Positions 51,657 to 64,000 of a stretch of DNA of 64,000 nt are shown piece by piece; position 1 is the stretch's first letter, and each line of letters starts with the position of its first letter. The translations under genes and the position numbers were made by a program. The notes below the pieces were generated by a model, which was given only the letters and a program-made list of their open reading frames with translations, was not told the origin of the DNA and searched no databases. Location: NCBI GenBank assembly GCA_043228905.1, contig JBHGNT010000005.1, positions 20,026,001 to 20,090,000 on the forward strand, read 5' to 3'. Origin of the DNA: Azolla caroliniana (lineage: Eukaryota; Plantae; Polypodiophyta).

Positions 51657-53783
51657 ATGAGGGGGTCGGATCTTGCAGAGGCCATGGCTTCGGCCGTGGA
51701 TCAGATATTGAGCACACGCGAGGGCACCGGTGCCCTCGACAGAGCCATTGAGGCGGTCGTCGGAACGATCAGACGTTTCAGCGGAAAGGATGCTACGAAG
51801 TATTTGGCGTCCTACGGGGCGGAAATGCTGATGTGGGACATTCCGGAAGAGAGGCGTCTTGCCGGGTTCCCTCGAGTGGCGATGCCGAGCATCCATGCGG
51901 AGGTGCTCGAGGTACGGGCGGAGAGCCGTACCTGGGAGGAGTTCGAAGGCCAACTCCTAGAGAAATATGGGCTGGACGACACGCTCCGGCTTTCGAAACG
52001 AGACTTCATGGAATGGGTGGAGTCCCCCGGCAAAGGAAGAAACGCGTCGGCACTCCTTTGGGAGTTCGAAGAACGCTTTGCGCGCCTTTCGGCGCTTGAC
52101 TGAACCATTCTGGATACGAGCCAGGTCCTACTGTTCATCAAGTCGGTGGACGAGCGGGATCGGGATCAAGTCGGCTCCTTGCTGGAAACCGAAGACGGGC
52201 TGACAACCGACTGGGCTGCGGTTAAGAGAGTCTGTGGCCGTTTCGACAAACGGCGAGAATGGGCTGACAACGGGGCGGCCGGTGCGGGCTCTGTTACAGC
52301 AAGGAGGCTTGAACCGACACCGCAAGTGCGAAGGGAAGAAACCCGGGAATGGCTCGAAACCGGTCCGGCTTCGACCAGCATGGTCAATGGCTCGTCCGGA
52401 GGAGCAGCGCTAGAGGAGTTGACGCGGGCGATAAAGGATCTCCAGATCGCCCAGACTCGAAGGGAAGGCGGCGAACCGGCTCGTGACCGACGACCGGCAG
52501 CGGGGAACAGGTGCATGTGGTGCGACGAGGTCGGCCACATTCGGAAGGACTGCGGCGATTTCGCAGAGGCGATGAGAAACAGGGTGGTGTACCTGTGGGA
52601 AGGCCGGGTGCACGCTGGCGACACCAGGAGGGCCCTGAACCGAAACGACGGGCGAGGAGGTATGAAGAGACTGATAGAAGAGGCAGCGGCCCGACACGTG
52701 GAGGCCATCCACTACTCGGCGTCGGCCGGTATTCGGGTCGAGGGCAACGAGGCCCGAAAGGAGAGCAAAGACGGCTTCTGGTCAGCAATACTGGAAGGCC
52801 TCGCCGGCGCACGGCTGAGGAAAGATGAAACGGACCACGCTGAGAGACGGGTCCGGGAAATAACCGGGTGGAGCGATCCGGTCGAGGAGAAGACGGGCTT
52901 CGTAGAAGCTGCCTGCCAGAACTACGAGGCTCTAGTAGAAGAAAAACGAGTGGGGAAAGACGGAGCGGCCGGGCCCTCACAACGGTACGAGACCCGATTC
53001 GGGCAACGACGGAACGAAGCCGGTGGGTCCGGCTCGCGAGATAACCCCAGGAAGGGCGGGTACCGATTGGGGACGGAAATAGAAAGGACTACGGACCTAC
53101 GAAAGGTCCTAGAAGAACGGATCCTCGACAGCAAAGTGGAGCTGTCATTACGGGAGGTGCTAGGGATCGCCAAGAAGGAGTTCCACGACTCCATTGTAGA
53201 CTTGGTGAAACGGAAGAGACTGTCGACGGAGACGGAACCGGAAAGACCGGTGGAGGTGCGGACGACGCACATCGACGACTCGACGCTGGAAGATGAGTGG
53301 GCGGAGAGCCACTATTCGAGGCCACACTGGGCCCGAGCGACCACGGAGACCCCAGTAAAGATCGGAGATGTTCAGGAACCGGTGGTGGCGTTGGTGGACC
53401 ACGGTTCGGAAATAAACCTAATGTCCATGGACTTCTATAAGAAGGGAAAGTGGCCGATCAACACCAGGCACGGGTGGAAGATACGGGCGGCAACGCGCGC
53501 CATCGAGGAACTGCACGGGGCCTGCCCGAATGTGCGAGTAAAGATCGGCGACGTCGAGATTGACCAGCACTTCTTCGTACAGGAGACGTCCTCGCATCCG
53601 ATCATATTAGGGGAACCATACATCACGGCGGCGAGAATGGAGACCAAGGTGCTGGACAACGGTTCGGCCTACGCGAGGGTCAAAAGCCAGGACGGGCGCC
53701 ATTCGGTGCAATTTCTGACGGTGTGGCCGAACCACGAGAGAAACCGTGAATCCCTCGATGGCGAGAGCCGGGAGGATTTTTAG
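51657..53783 (+). pseudogene. gag: Gypsy Gag-protease ORF with one premature TGA (52101-52103)
   Basis: FSGKDATKYL gag motif, zinc knuckle CMWCDEVGHIRKDC, protease ALVDHGSEINLM and IILGEPY. ORFs 51546-52103 and 52146-53783 share one frame. Confidence 0.85.
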
Positions 53784-56700
53784 AGAGGGCTGCCAAGGCG
53801 TGGGGCCGAGACAGCCCGGACACTCGGAAAAGACCCCATGACTGTACGATAGGTAGGGGATTTTGCTTCTCCGACAATGGAGGGTGTATGATAGTCGGCA
53901 TCGTCGGCCGAGAAAAGACAAGGGCGGAAGTGTGACTTCGAGCGTGCGGAGTTCTCGGCCCGGACGAGGAAATCAGCGGAGCCGTGGAGGCGGTCTCCTT
54001 CGATGACACCTTAGGAATGCTGAGGAAGGTAGCTGGAGAAGACCTTAACGAAGACCGGACGATACCGGTATGTTCCGAAGAGATGTACGAAGTCATCGCG
54101 AACTTCAGTCGGGGGCTCGGGTCGGATCGGACGGCCCGAGTTAGCACGAGGTACAAGACTGTGGAGGGCAGCGAGTCCCGAATCAGAGGGGTGGCGTCGA
54201 ACCCCAGTTTACGAGATCCGGCCTGCATAGGACACACCTTCACCGATAGAACGCTCCGGGAGCTTAAAATCGGTGGGGGCGGGTTCCTACTGCCGGCGGA
54301 GGAAGACCGGTTTCGGAGAATGCTCGGAAGGCATGGGAAAGCCTTTGCATTCTCACTGGAAGAGATTGGGTGCGTAGACCCGATGATCGTGGAGCCGATG
54401 GTGATATTCACGGTACCGCATGTACCGTGGAATCTCAAGCCGATTCCAGTACCGAGAGCTCACATCCCGAAGTTGATGGAGCTATTGAGGCAGAAAGTCG
54501 ATATGGGTATTCTCGAACCGTCGAGCGCGCCATACTCGAACCGATGGTTTACCGTACCAAAGAAAAACGGAACATTGCGCTTCATTCAGGACCTGCAGCC
54601 GGTCAACAGAGTGACCATCCGGAACACAGGAATCAGACCGACCATAGACGAGTTCGCGGAGGCCTTCGCCGGAAGGTCGATTTACTCGGTCGGTGATCTG
54701 TACTCGGGGTACGACCAGTTCCAGCTAGCCGTGGAGAGCAGAGACATTACGACGATGCGAACTCCCCTCGGCCTAGTGCGAATGTGTACCCTGCCACAAG
54801 GAGGGACCAAGTCGGTGGCCCACATGGTGAATGCAATGAACAAAGTACTGAGGGATTGCATCTCGGACATCACCATGCCGTTTCTAGACGACATCCCCAT
54901 AAAGGGGTGCCCGGTGGAAGAGAAGGACGAGACACTTGGGTCGGACGGATGCCGGCGATTCGTAGCAACACACATCGACGACTGCGAGAAGGTGCTACAA
55001 AGGCTAGAGGATGCGAGCCTCACCTTCTCCGGGGAGAAATCGGCCTTCGGGCAATCAGAAATCCTGGTGGTCGGGCATCTATGTGGACCATATGGCCGGA
55101 AGCCGTCTCCGGCAAAGGTAGAAGCCATCTCCGCGATGAAGACCGACTGTAGCTCGGTTACGGAAGTTCGGAGGTTCTTGGGGGCATGCGCGTTCTACCA
55201 CATATGGATCCCGCATTACGCCCACGTTGCGGAGCCACTATACGGGTTGCTGAAAAAGGGGCAAAGATTCGAGTGGCGAGACGAGCACACGGAGTCGATC
55301 CGGAAGCTGAAGGAAGCTCTTGCGGCAGCACCGGCGCTCCGGAAGGCTGTCTACGAGAAGGGTACCCCGGTATACATAACGGTGGATACGAGCCCGACCG
55401 GGATCGGATGGGTCGTCAACCAAGAAGACGAGGACGGCACCCGGTTCCCGATCCGATTCGGCGCTAAGGTCCTCAGTGAGCGGCAGCGAGGGTACGCCCA
55501 GGTTAAACGCGAACTCTGGGGTATCGTTTCGGCGGTAAAGGTGGACAAAGACTACCTGATCGGGACAGAAGTGATTATCGAGACGGATTGCCTGCCGATT
55601 CTCGGCATGGTTTCCGGATGCGCGACACTGGACCTGGCGATGCTCAGGTGGATAGCGTACATCAAGTCCCTGGACCCGGAGATACGACACATTTCCGGAA
55701 AGGACAACGCCATGGCCGACATGCTTTCGAGGGCGAGGTTTGATGACGAGGGCGGCATGGTTTCGGAGGACAAAGAAGTCGGCGTGGACTTCTTCGAGGC
55801 GGCGTACGTGACGACCGATGGGACGAGCACTCCGGCACTTAACGACTTCGACGAGAGCAAGTACGACGGCGAGTGGCTCCAGATCGGTGGATTCTTGAGG
55901 ACAATGATGCCGGATGCGTCATGGACGAAGGACGAGGCCAACCGGATCCGGAAGAAAGCTTACCGATTCTTTCTCCGGGACGGATACTTATGGAAGCACC
56001 CGAAGAAGAGGGACGGCGCTCCGCTCCGGGTGGTGGCGATGAAGGAAGAACAGGAGGAGCTGCTGACGGCCTACCACGACAGCCCTTGGGCCGGACACCG
56101 TGGAACCTGGGCCACGTTCGAGAAGATAAAGGGGAAGTACTGGTGGCCGGGACTGTACCGGGACGTGCATCGATTCGTGACAACTTGCGAGAGCTGTCAG
56201 ATGCACTCCATAGTCCGACACCGGGACGAACTTCACCCTACGTACCCTCCGACCATCCACTTCAAATGGATGGTAGACCTGGTAACGATGCCGATAGGAG
56301 TAGGACAGATGCGGTATCTGGTTCTGGCTCGGGAAGATCTAACGAACCAGGTGGAAGGCCGGGCCCTTCAGAACAAAACGACTGCAGCCGTATGTCGGTT
56401 CCTGCTCGAGGACGTAATATGCCGGTACGGGTGCGTCGGGAAGATCGTGGCTGATCGCGGGGAGTTGGACGCCGAAGAGGCCGAGGAGCTGTTCGACCGG
56501 TTAGGGGTCAAGCTCTCGCTTACCACTGTGTACAATCCGGAGGCGAATGGGAAGGTGGAGCGCGGACACGGACCGATCGTCAAGGCGTTAGTTCGGGCAT
56601 GCGGAGGTCAAGTCGGGAACTGGCCGCGGCTACTGCCTTATGCGTTGTGGGCTGACCGGACTACGCACAGTTCGGTAACTGGATTCATGCCGGCAGAAGC

Positions 56701-57194
56701 CGATCATGCCGATCGAACGTACGGTCTCCTCATGGGCAACCGTGGATTGGAGAGACGAGATGAGCCGGGAGGAACTGTTGACGGCACGCATACGACAGCT
56801 CGAGCGGAGACCGGAGGACGTGGAGCAGGCTACGGAAAAGCTTCGGATGGCCAGGACGAGGAACAAAGCCCGGTTCGACCGGACGCACTGGCTCTGACCG
56901 AAGAAGATCGAGGAAGGCGACTGGGTGCTAGTCTACGACAGCAGCCTCGACAACCAGCACCGAGCGACACGGAAGTTCGCAAGAAGGTGGTTCGGGCCTT
57001 ACGTGGTACAAAGCGCCAACGACAACGGGACGTACCATCTAGCGGAACTCGACGGCTCGAGAATGGCGGTACCGGTAGCTGGGAAGCGGATCAAAATGTT
57101 CAAGAAGCGTCACGACGACGAGCCGGATCCGGATAGCCTGGATCGGGACGACGGACGATCCAAACCCGAAGAAGAACCGACGAGTGGGGAATAA
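53774..57194 (+). pseudogene. pol: Gypsy RT-RNase H-integrase ORF (-1 frame relative to gag), with stops and a frameshift near 56700
   Basis: RT LRFIQDLQPVN, DLYSGYDQ, LPQG, FLDD. RNase H VDTSPTGIGW, KRELWG, ETDC, NAMADMLSR. Integrase HDSPWAGH...CESCQ, WMVDL, ADRG, NGKVERGH, and C-terminal RWFGPYVV. TGA at 53933 and 56895; frame change near 56700. Confidence 0.9.
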
Positions 57195-57603
57195 AGGCTG
57201 GGCCGGTTTTCTCCGTCCCAACTCGATTTGGCGCATGCCGGTCCGTGTTCATCTCTGTGCGCGTCCGCATCTCTTGGATGACCGTCTTGAGAGTCAAAAT
57301 TTTGTTTGTGTTGGAGGCCGCCTGTTCTTTGTATCGCTACTTTGTCTCCTGCCACAGTTCTTTATTGTGCAGTTCTTCGAGTCGACCCATTTCATTGTTG
57401 AAGTGTACTTCGACCACTCACGTGTTTTGTTGTTCGATCTCGATTTTCTCCTCGTACCAGTGGCGTTTTTTCTACGCAGCCTCCTGTAGTGCCATGATGA
57501 TCCCCTCATCTCAACCGACTTCTTCCTTTTGCTTATTGAGCTCTTTGGTCATCTTTGCGTTGTCGTGAAGATTTCCGGCTACGGTGAGAAAACCGGGAGG
57601 GAC

Positions 57604-58224
57604 AAATAAAATGGGGACAAACAAGAATAAGTAAAAAAAAATGTAATGGGAAGGGTAATAATTTAAGGTGCTAAAGGTGCAACACGAAGTTCGTAGAGGC
57701 ATAAATGTGATGTGCACTTTGTAGAGTAAAATGAGTAGTGGGCATTGAGAGTGAATGTCATAGGAGAGAGAGAGAGTTAAGGCTCACTGATTTAAGATCA
57801 AGGGAGATATTCCCCATTAAATGAAAGGGGACTTGACTCCCTCTTGTAATGTGCTCACCCCTTACTACTATAAAAGGGAGTGAGGGGTCACTTGTGAAGG
57901 GGTTGCCAATTTTGAGTGTGAAAGGTATACCACATAGTTCTAGGGTTCTTCTTCTTCCCATTTCGGTTTAGGGTTAGGGTTTCGCTTAGGGTTTCCTTAT
58001 TCATCTTCTTTACTTTACTTATCCGGTTAGGGTTTCTTGTAGTCATTGGGTTTTGGCCTATGCCGCCATGGTTGTATTCGTTTGTGTTTTCTTAATATAA
58101 CTAAGTGTTGAGTATTTTGCCTCCATCTATTCTATTCTATGTTTATGTGCTATTCTTCCTCTTCTCCTCTTGAGCTAAGCTTCCATTTTGTGTCTTATTC
58201 CTTCTCCTCTAGTCCCTAGTCCAA
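57604..58224 (+). mobile_element. LTR-like insert splitting the antisense ORF
   Basis: AT-rich 621-bp block flanked by GAC on both sides. Removing it restores ...TGV|PPGFL on the minus strand. Contains CTATAAAAGGG and several TAGGGTT motifs but lacks TG..CA ends. Confidence 0.5.
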
Positions 58225-59308
58225 GACCCCCGTGGCCCCACCTCGGATCCTACACGTACTCGCGGAATACTGCGACAATGTCAGCTGTGATTTCAACGTC
58301 TAATTTCTCTTGGATCGTCTTCACGACCTTTCGTCCCTTGGCCCGAATATCTGTCTCACGATCCAACGATTGTCGGAGTTCGGAGCAGATTCTCTCCATC
58401 TCAGTGTTGGAGATTTCCACCGCTTTTTTCTCCTTGGCGCTATCGCCGTCTGAGCTTCGACCTCCTCGTGGAGTTTTTTAGTTCGGGTGTGCGGGAGGTT
58501 GCGGTGGTGGTTGCAACAATGGCTTCTTGTAGGCTGCGTTCCAATTTTGCGATTATCTTTTGGGCCTCCTCAAGTTGCTACTTGGCATATTTTTTGGCCT
58601 TCTTCGCCGTCTTGTTCTTACGAACCATATCCTTTGCTCCGTTCTGTACTGTGGCGAGCTCTTGGTGAACTTCGACTAAGGCAATGCATAATGGGGACAA
58701 TTTGATTCCCATATGACCTTCATCCGTGCTCTACATTTGGCTGATCTTGCTTAGAGCGCGTTCTTCCTCTCGTTCTACTATTTCGGCCAAACCTCTCTCA
58801 ATCATTTGCCTCTACGTGTGCTCCTCATTGGGCAACTTTGATTTGCTGCATGGCCAACAATTCCATGCTTTCGAAGTAGGTGCCGGATTGGAGTAGGGCT
58901 GCGAATTTGTGGGCCATGACCGACATCTCCGGGCAAGCCATTATGACATTATCGGGTGTGAGGATGCCTTTGCCTCTTTCTGTATTTCCGGTCAGGGTTG
59001 ATTGGTTCCGCGGAATTTTCTCAAACACATGCGTGGGCTCCGTTTCGACGGTTACTGCGGGGGTAGGTTGTGGAGTTGCATCAATTACCAAACCGCGACC
59101 GTCCTTTCGATCTAGTCGACGACACTTGGGTTTAGGGTTGCTTGTTTCCTCCTCGGGAGGGGTCCTCTATTCGTTTCGGGGGACGACGGTTTTCAAGGCC
59201 CGAGTGCTGCCTTCCTCCTCCCATTCTGTCGTGGCGAGGTCTTCAAGCCTCTGCTTTTGCTGACGTGGAGCTGGAAGAGCCCAAGGGGGAAACAATATCG
59301 TGAAATAT

Positions 59309-59752
59309 TGTTGGATTATTGAGCAGAGCTTTTTACTTGTATGGAATGCATGGAGTCCTTCGCGTACAGATGACTATGTGGTGTTGTATGTATGGCTGGA
59401 CTAGCCGCAACACAGGTGTCTATCCGACACTTCTCCAAAGGGGTGGTAGGGATAGGATGTTAATACACGCGTATGATAATTACACTTAAGCACAGACGAA
59501 GACAAGATTAATCAGCATAAGCAAAACTATATTAATTCTTCGCGCTTTCATTACAAAACATCGGATCCTTTTATAGGCATCCGGCCAGATTACAATCGGT
59601 GCTCGGTAGGCAACCGTTAACCGAAACCGAATCGGTTCGGATCCGGATCGGTTACAACTACCGGATCCGTCCCTCCTAATAATTCTATTCCTATTTCTAT
59701 ATTTATCCGATCCGACCTTGCTTTCCCATTTGCCTTCTCTGACCGGCCAACA
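59309..59752 (-). mobile_element. Solo-LTR-like insert, 444 bp
   Basis: Perfect TGTTGG...CCAACA termini and a minus-strand CCTATAAAAGG. Interrupts the antisense ORF. No TSD; an adjacent deletion is inferred. Confidence 0.6.
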
Positions 59753-60780
59753 TGTGGTCACCCCCAGTCAACGACGTGCCCTTCGAAAGTTGAAATGATG
59801 ATACCGGCCTTTTGCTTCGGCATCCCATACGCATTAGGGTGTACGTCCCCCACCTTTAACAGGAACTTCGCGATTTTGCGGAAGAACGGGTCAAGGGCGT
59901 CCCGTGTATTATAAGCTTTGGCCGGGAGGGAATATTCTCCATAGTAGTGTTCGAGGACCTCTAAGGGAGGGATCTCAAAGTTGCATTCTCTTGTGTTAGG
60001 CCGAGCTTCTTCTTGATCATGGCGTTGGTGATCATATCGATGTTGATCTTCGCCGCCATGTCGTGGGAGTTGGGGTGGGGCGGTGCCTCTGCCACTCGGA
60101 TGTAGCCTGCTAGGCCGTGGTCAAGAAGCCACCGTCGAAGGGCAGGAGAAATGTCGATCGGCATGGCGATGTTGGCGTCGAGTGGTGCAGAGAGGTTGTG
60201 TGTGTGCTGGGTAGAGTGAGAGGAGCGAGCTGAGGAAAGGGAGCAAGGATCTGGGGGTTTGTGGGAGCGAGGAGGGCGGGGAGAGCTGAGGGAGCGAGGA
60301 GAGTTTAGAGAGTGTTTAGAGTTGAGAGAGCGATGAGATTCTCTATTATGTGTAGAAAAATGGCTTGAATTCCATTTTTGTGAGGTTGGGATGTTAGGGT
60401 TCAAGCTTCATCGAGCCATGGTTGCACGCATGTACTTGCTTTCTTGGGATATGTTCTTGGGATATGCGTCTGCATACAAGATCTTTAAATAGTTCTGACG
60501 ACCCTTTTTTTCCATTCATTCCACACCTAACAGTAATGGTTGTTACTATGGTACATGATTACAAAGCGGGGTCACATTTAATGTGTTATGGGTTCACCCC
60601 CCAAAATTGATGTGGCAGGGAGTGGACCGGCGTTTGCCTCCGCTAATTTTGCAGCGTTTCGAAAGGGTTCGGCGGTGTGGGTTCCCAGTTTGGCTTGAGT
60701 TAGAACCCATTGACCTTCTGTCATAACACTTCCCCTACGAGAGTGCTAAGCTCGAATGTACCGTTTTCGACATTGATTAT

Positions 60781-61544
60781 TGTTAGGAAACAGGTCCCTC
60801 CGGATGGGAAGTGAGAAGAACAGTGTTGATGAGCAAACTCGGCCAAGGCCGATAGGCCGAGGCTGAAACCGGATGTGTGGTACCCGGCAACGGAAGACCC
60901 GGTGAGAACCGGATGACGAGTACCCGGCAACGGAAGACCCAGTGAGCACCGGATGACGAGTACCTGGCAAGGAAGGCCCGGTGAGAACCGGATGACGAGT
61001 GCCCGGCATGAGCCGGATGATGCAAGCCCGGTGAGGAGTGCTCACCGGATGAAGGGACATATTCGTAAATATGTTTCCGAGAGTCCATTGGGGCTATATT
61101 TGTAAATAGCCAAAAAGTCATATTAGTATAAATATGACTTAGGGCAAACTTAGTATAGTAGTGGTATTCATTCTTGTTGGTGCAAGATTTTAGAGTGCAA
61201 CCTTGTACAAAGAGAGAGAGAGAGAGAGTGAGAGTGAGAGATGAAGAGGACGTTGTCTCTGTTGTAACCGCCGCCTGTGGCGAAGATAGTGAACAAGAGG
61301 TTGTTGCCTCTATGTTCATCTATTGTATACTGTAACATAGTGATAGTTTGCAGTCTGTGGACTGCCGTGGTTTTTTCCCGTGTTTGGGTTTTCCACGTAA
61401 ATATCCTGTGTACTCTTCTCTTTACTGTGTTGTGCGTACATTACCCGTTCTTCTGTGTTTGATCCTAGACTCGGTTGTGGCTGAGCATTGTTTTTCGGGA
61501 GTGTGTATTCCTCTCAATTATCCTCTTGAGAATCGAGCTCAACA
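60781..61544 (+). mobile_element. LTR-like segment with an internal 40-bp tandem repeat (about 3.5 copies, 60869-61010)
   Basis: TGTT...AACA ends; unit CCGGATGACGAGTACCCGGCAACGGAAGACCCGGTGAGAA; TATAAATA at about 61127; GA-rich then T-rich downstream segment. No TSD or partner LTR in the window. Confidence 0.55.
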
Positions 61545-61554
61545 TAGTGCAACG

Positions 61555-64000
61555 TGTGAACACACCTTTTGAGAATCTATGATTACTCAAAGGTCAAGAG
61601 TCACACCACTACTCTCTACACATTAACTATGTGTCATAGAATCATATTCTATGACACATAACTAATGAGTTATATATTCCCCATAACTATGAGTCTTCAC
61701 ATTCCCCAAGAGAGAGTGGTTGTTGTAGTTAGTTAATGAAGAGAGAGGGTGACTATATATAAAGCACCCTCCTCATACTTCATACTAAGTCGGTTGTGAC
61801 TCCTTGTAATGCTACATTTTTGTATCTCTTACTTCACTTGTGAATATACATCTTCTTCTTGAGTACTTCATTGTGTTCCCATTCTATCTAATCTATCTTG
61901 TGTTTCTCATCTCTTCTCTCTTTCCTCTCACACATGCACATAACACATATCTCTTCTGCTACACAAGAATCATACCCAATTCTTTACATGGTATCAGAGC
62001 GGTTTGGTAGCTCGATCTAGCCCATCCGCGTGTGTTGTGTTCTACGTTGACGTTCGAGAAGAACTGGTCCATCACTATCGTAGTGCGACTACATAACTCG
62101 TATTTGAGAGGGAAAGAAAAGAAAAGAAGGAAGAAATCTTCAGCGACAATGAATACTCAAATGGGGAGCAGTCTCCCTAGCGAGAAGCTAGATTGAAACA
62201 ACTTTGCATCTTGGGAGTACAAGATGCACCAATACCTTATCGGCCAAGGCTATTGGAGTTACATCAAAGGAGCACAAGAAAACCGACCTGACCCGAAAGA
62301 TGCCGACTATGAAACATGGGAGCAAGCGGCAAGCCAAGTGATGTATTGCTTGGAGACATGTGTTCACGACCACATGCTCGGATACATTCAAGAAGCCGAG
62401 ACGCCAAAGGAAGCGTGGGAGAATCTACGAAAGATTTTCGCCGCCAACACAACCGCGAGAAAGCTTCAACTCTGCCAAGAGTTGAACAACATCCAACAAA
62501 GGGATATGTCCATCACAAGCTACACCTTGAAGATCAAGGAGCTTTGTGACTCGCTTGGCTCAATAAGTGTCAATGTGGACGATGATGAGATGGTGCAAAT
62601 ATGCCTCGGCAGCCTTGCACTGTGGTTCGACGCGATGAGGACCGCTGTATTAGCACGGGAGAATCCACCCTACTTCGATCTTCAATCCATGTTGTTGGTC
62701 GAAGAAAACCATGTTCGAACAAGGAGCAACGCCTCGGAAGGCCACATGCTTTACCCACACTTGGACGGAGGAAGAGGATGCGGCCGTGCAAGAAGAGTCC
62801 GATTCGGCCAAGGACAAGGCAGATGAAGGCCGACTTACGAAAACAACTCGCAATTTCGACATCAAGACGGAAGCCATCGAGGAACCTTCAGAAGAAGGGG
62901 GAGCATCCATTCTGGTCCGAGCCGACAAAACTCCGTCGAATGCAGATATTGTGGAAAAATTGGTCACCATGAAGAAGAATGTCGTAAGAAGATGCGCGAG
63001 TTGGTATCCACTAGTTGACAACTCACCAATTATGCCACCAACTTCGACTATGACGATCATGGCAGAATGTTCATGATGAGACATAGAGCAAATTCTATGT
63101 TGGCTTCTACTTCAACTAGTGCTTCTGGTCCGGAAGATGTATGGTTCATCGACTCCGTTGCCTCGAACCATATGACGTCTCATCAAGAATGGTCCCAAGA
63201 ACTTCGAGAGTCGGAACGCCCCGACTATGTCGAAACCGGAGACGACACTACGCATCCGATTCGACACATCGGCAATGTCCCATTCGGCAAAGATGGTAAC
63301 CAAACTTTTATTAAAAATGTCTTGCATGTACCAACCATTATGAAGAATTTGGTCTCTGTCGGCCAAATTGTTGAGCAAGGGATGCAAGTACGATTTAATC
63401 AAGGCGGTTGCTTCATCGAAAAAGAGCGCCGACTCATTGCTCGCGGACGAAGAGAGGGTCGAATGTTCATTCTCGACTCGCACGAGATGAAATCGGCCAT
63501 GTTCGCAAAGGGCACAAAAGCATAATTCGACATAGAGTTATGGCACAAGCGGATTGGCCATATCAACCTCCAAAAGCTCAAGGCAATGCAATCGAAAGGA
63601 GTCGTCATCAGGATCCCGACATTCAAGGAGAAAGAGATTGAAGGTGTGTGTGCTTGCCAATTAGGCAAGCAACATCAACACCCATTTCCGAAGGAGCGGA
63701 ATGTGAGCAAAGGCATACTTGACGTAATTCATTCTGATGTATGGTGTCTGGCTCAGACGGTTACATTCGACGGATGCCAATACTACGTGGCCTTCATCGA
63801 CAACTTCTCCAGGCACACCTGGATCTACCCCATGCGGCAGAAGAACGAAGTGTTCGGACATTTCCAAAAATTTAAGTATGAAGTTGAGAAAGTCGCGGGC
63901 CGACATGTACGATGTCTTCGGTCGGATGGAGGCAAGGAGTACTTCTCCGACGAATTTTCGGCTTTTCTACGGAAAGAAGGAATTCGGCGAGAGTTTTTGT
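61555..64000 (+). mobile_element. Ty1/Copia LTR retrotransposon, 5' part (runs off the window)
   Basis: LTR at about 61555-61988 (left edge approximate; ends TTTACA), directly followed by the canonical tRNA-iMet PBS TGGTATCAGAGC (61989-62000). Confidence 0.92.
62149..64000 (+). pseudogene. Copia gag-pol polyprotein with several premature stops
   Basis: KLD*NNFASWEYKM, gag AKEAW-like PKEAWENL, zinc knuckle CRYCGKIGHHEEEC, protease WFIDSVASNHMT, NLVSVGQ, LWHKRIGHIN, integrase VIHSDVW, FIDNFSR and LRSDGGKEY. Confidence 0.9.

Larger units (their letters stand above)
57195..60164 (-). pseudogene. Decayed antisense extra ORF of the Gypsy element, unknown function
   Basis: Protein-like fragments MPIDISPALRRWLLDHGLAGYIRV... 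/ ...GHVVDWGVTT / YFTILFPPWALPAPRQQKQRLE... / TGVPPGFLTV... / coiled-coil C-terminus. Broken by stops, frameshifts and two insertions. Confidence 0.6.
50095..60720 (+). mobile_element. Large GC-rich Ty3/Gypsy (non-chromovirus) retrotransposon with an antisense extra ORF; no matching 3' LTR in the window
   Basis: LTR-like segment ending AAACA at 50615, then PBS-like TGGCACGCCTGTGGGAC (50618). Gag-PR and RT-RH-IN follow, then a 3-kb 3' region with a minus-strand ORF relic. Both outer boundaries are approximate; the left edge could be about 50072-50200. Confidence 0.85.

Noticed and set aside
51054-56866. Long antisense and alternate-frame ORFs overlapping gag-pol
   Set aside because: Shadow ORFs expected in GC-rich coding DNA.
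57604-58224. Intron in the antisense ORF
   Set aside because: There is no AG acceptor at the required minus-strand boundary.
59753-59770. Minus-strand GACTGGGGG read as a Tat-type PPT before the 444-bp LTR
   Set aside because: It reads better as the VDWGVTT codons of the antisense ORF, which continues on the other side of the insert.

Overview
Eukaryotic land-plant genomic DNA; a fern or other non-seed plant is inferred from the transposon lineages and is not proven. There are three intact host genes: a 4-exon ribosomal protein L37 gene (+, 3662-5944), an intronless P-class PPR gene (-, 9245-11392) and an 8-exon glutamate decarboxylase gene (-, 32801-38002). Most of the rest is transposable-element derived. 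(i) A nested stack at 12.8-31.5 kb: an old Copia hosts an L1-type LINE, which hosts a young 3.36-kb non-coding LTR element (TSD ATGTC); the Copia also hosts a near-intact Tcn1-like chromovirus (TSD CCCAC). (ii) A hAT-type MITE at 42.9-43.4 kb. (iii) A GC-rich Gypsy element at about 50.1-60.7 kb with a decayed antisense ORF. (iv) The 5' half of a Copia running off the window end. The most unusual signals are an LTR element with opposite-facing tRNA-Arg-like primer sites at both LTR junctions and no clear PPT, a Tf1-style self-priming site in the chromovirus, and well-formed -1 frameshift cassettes in both Gypsy elements.
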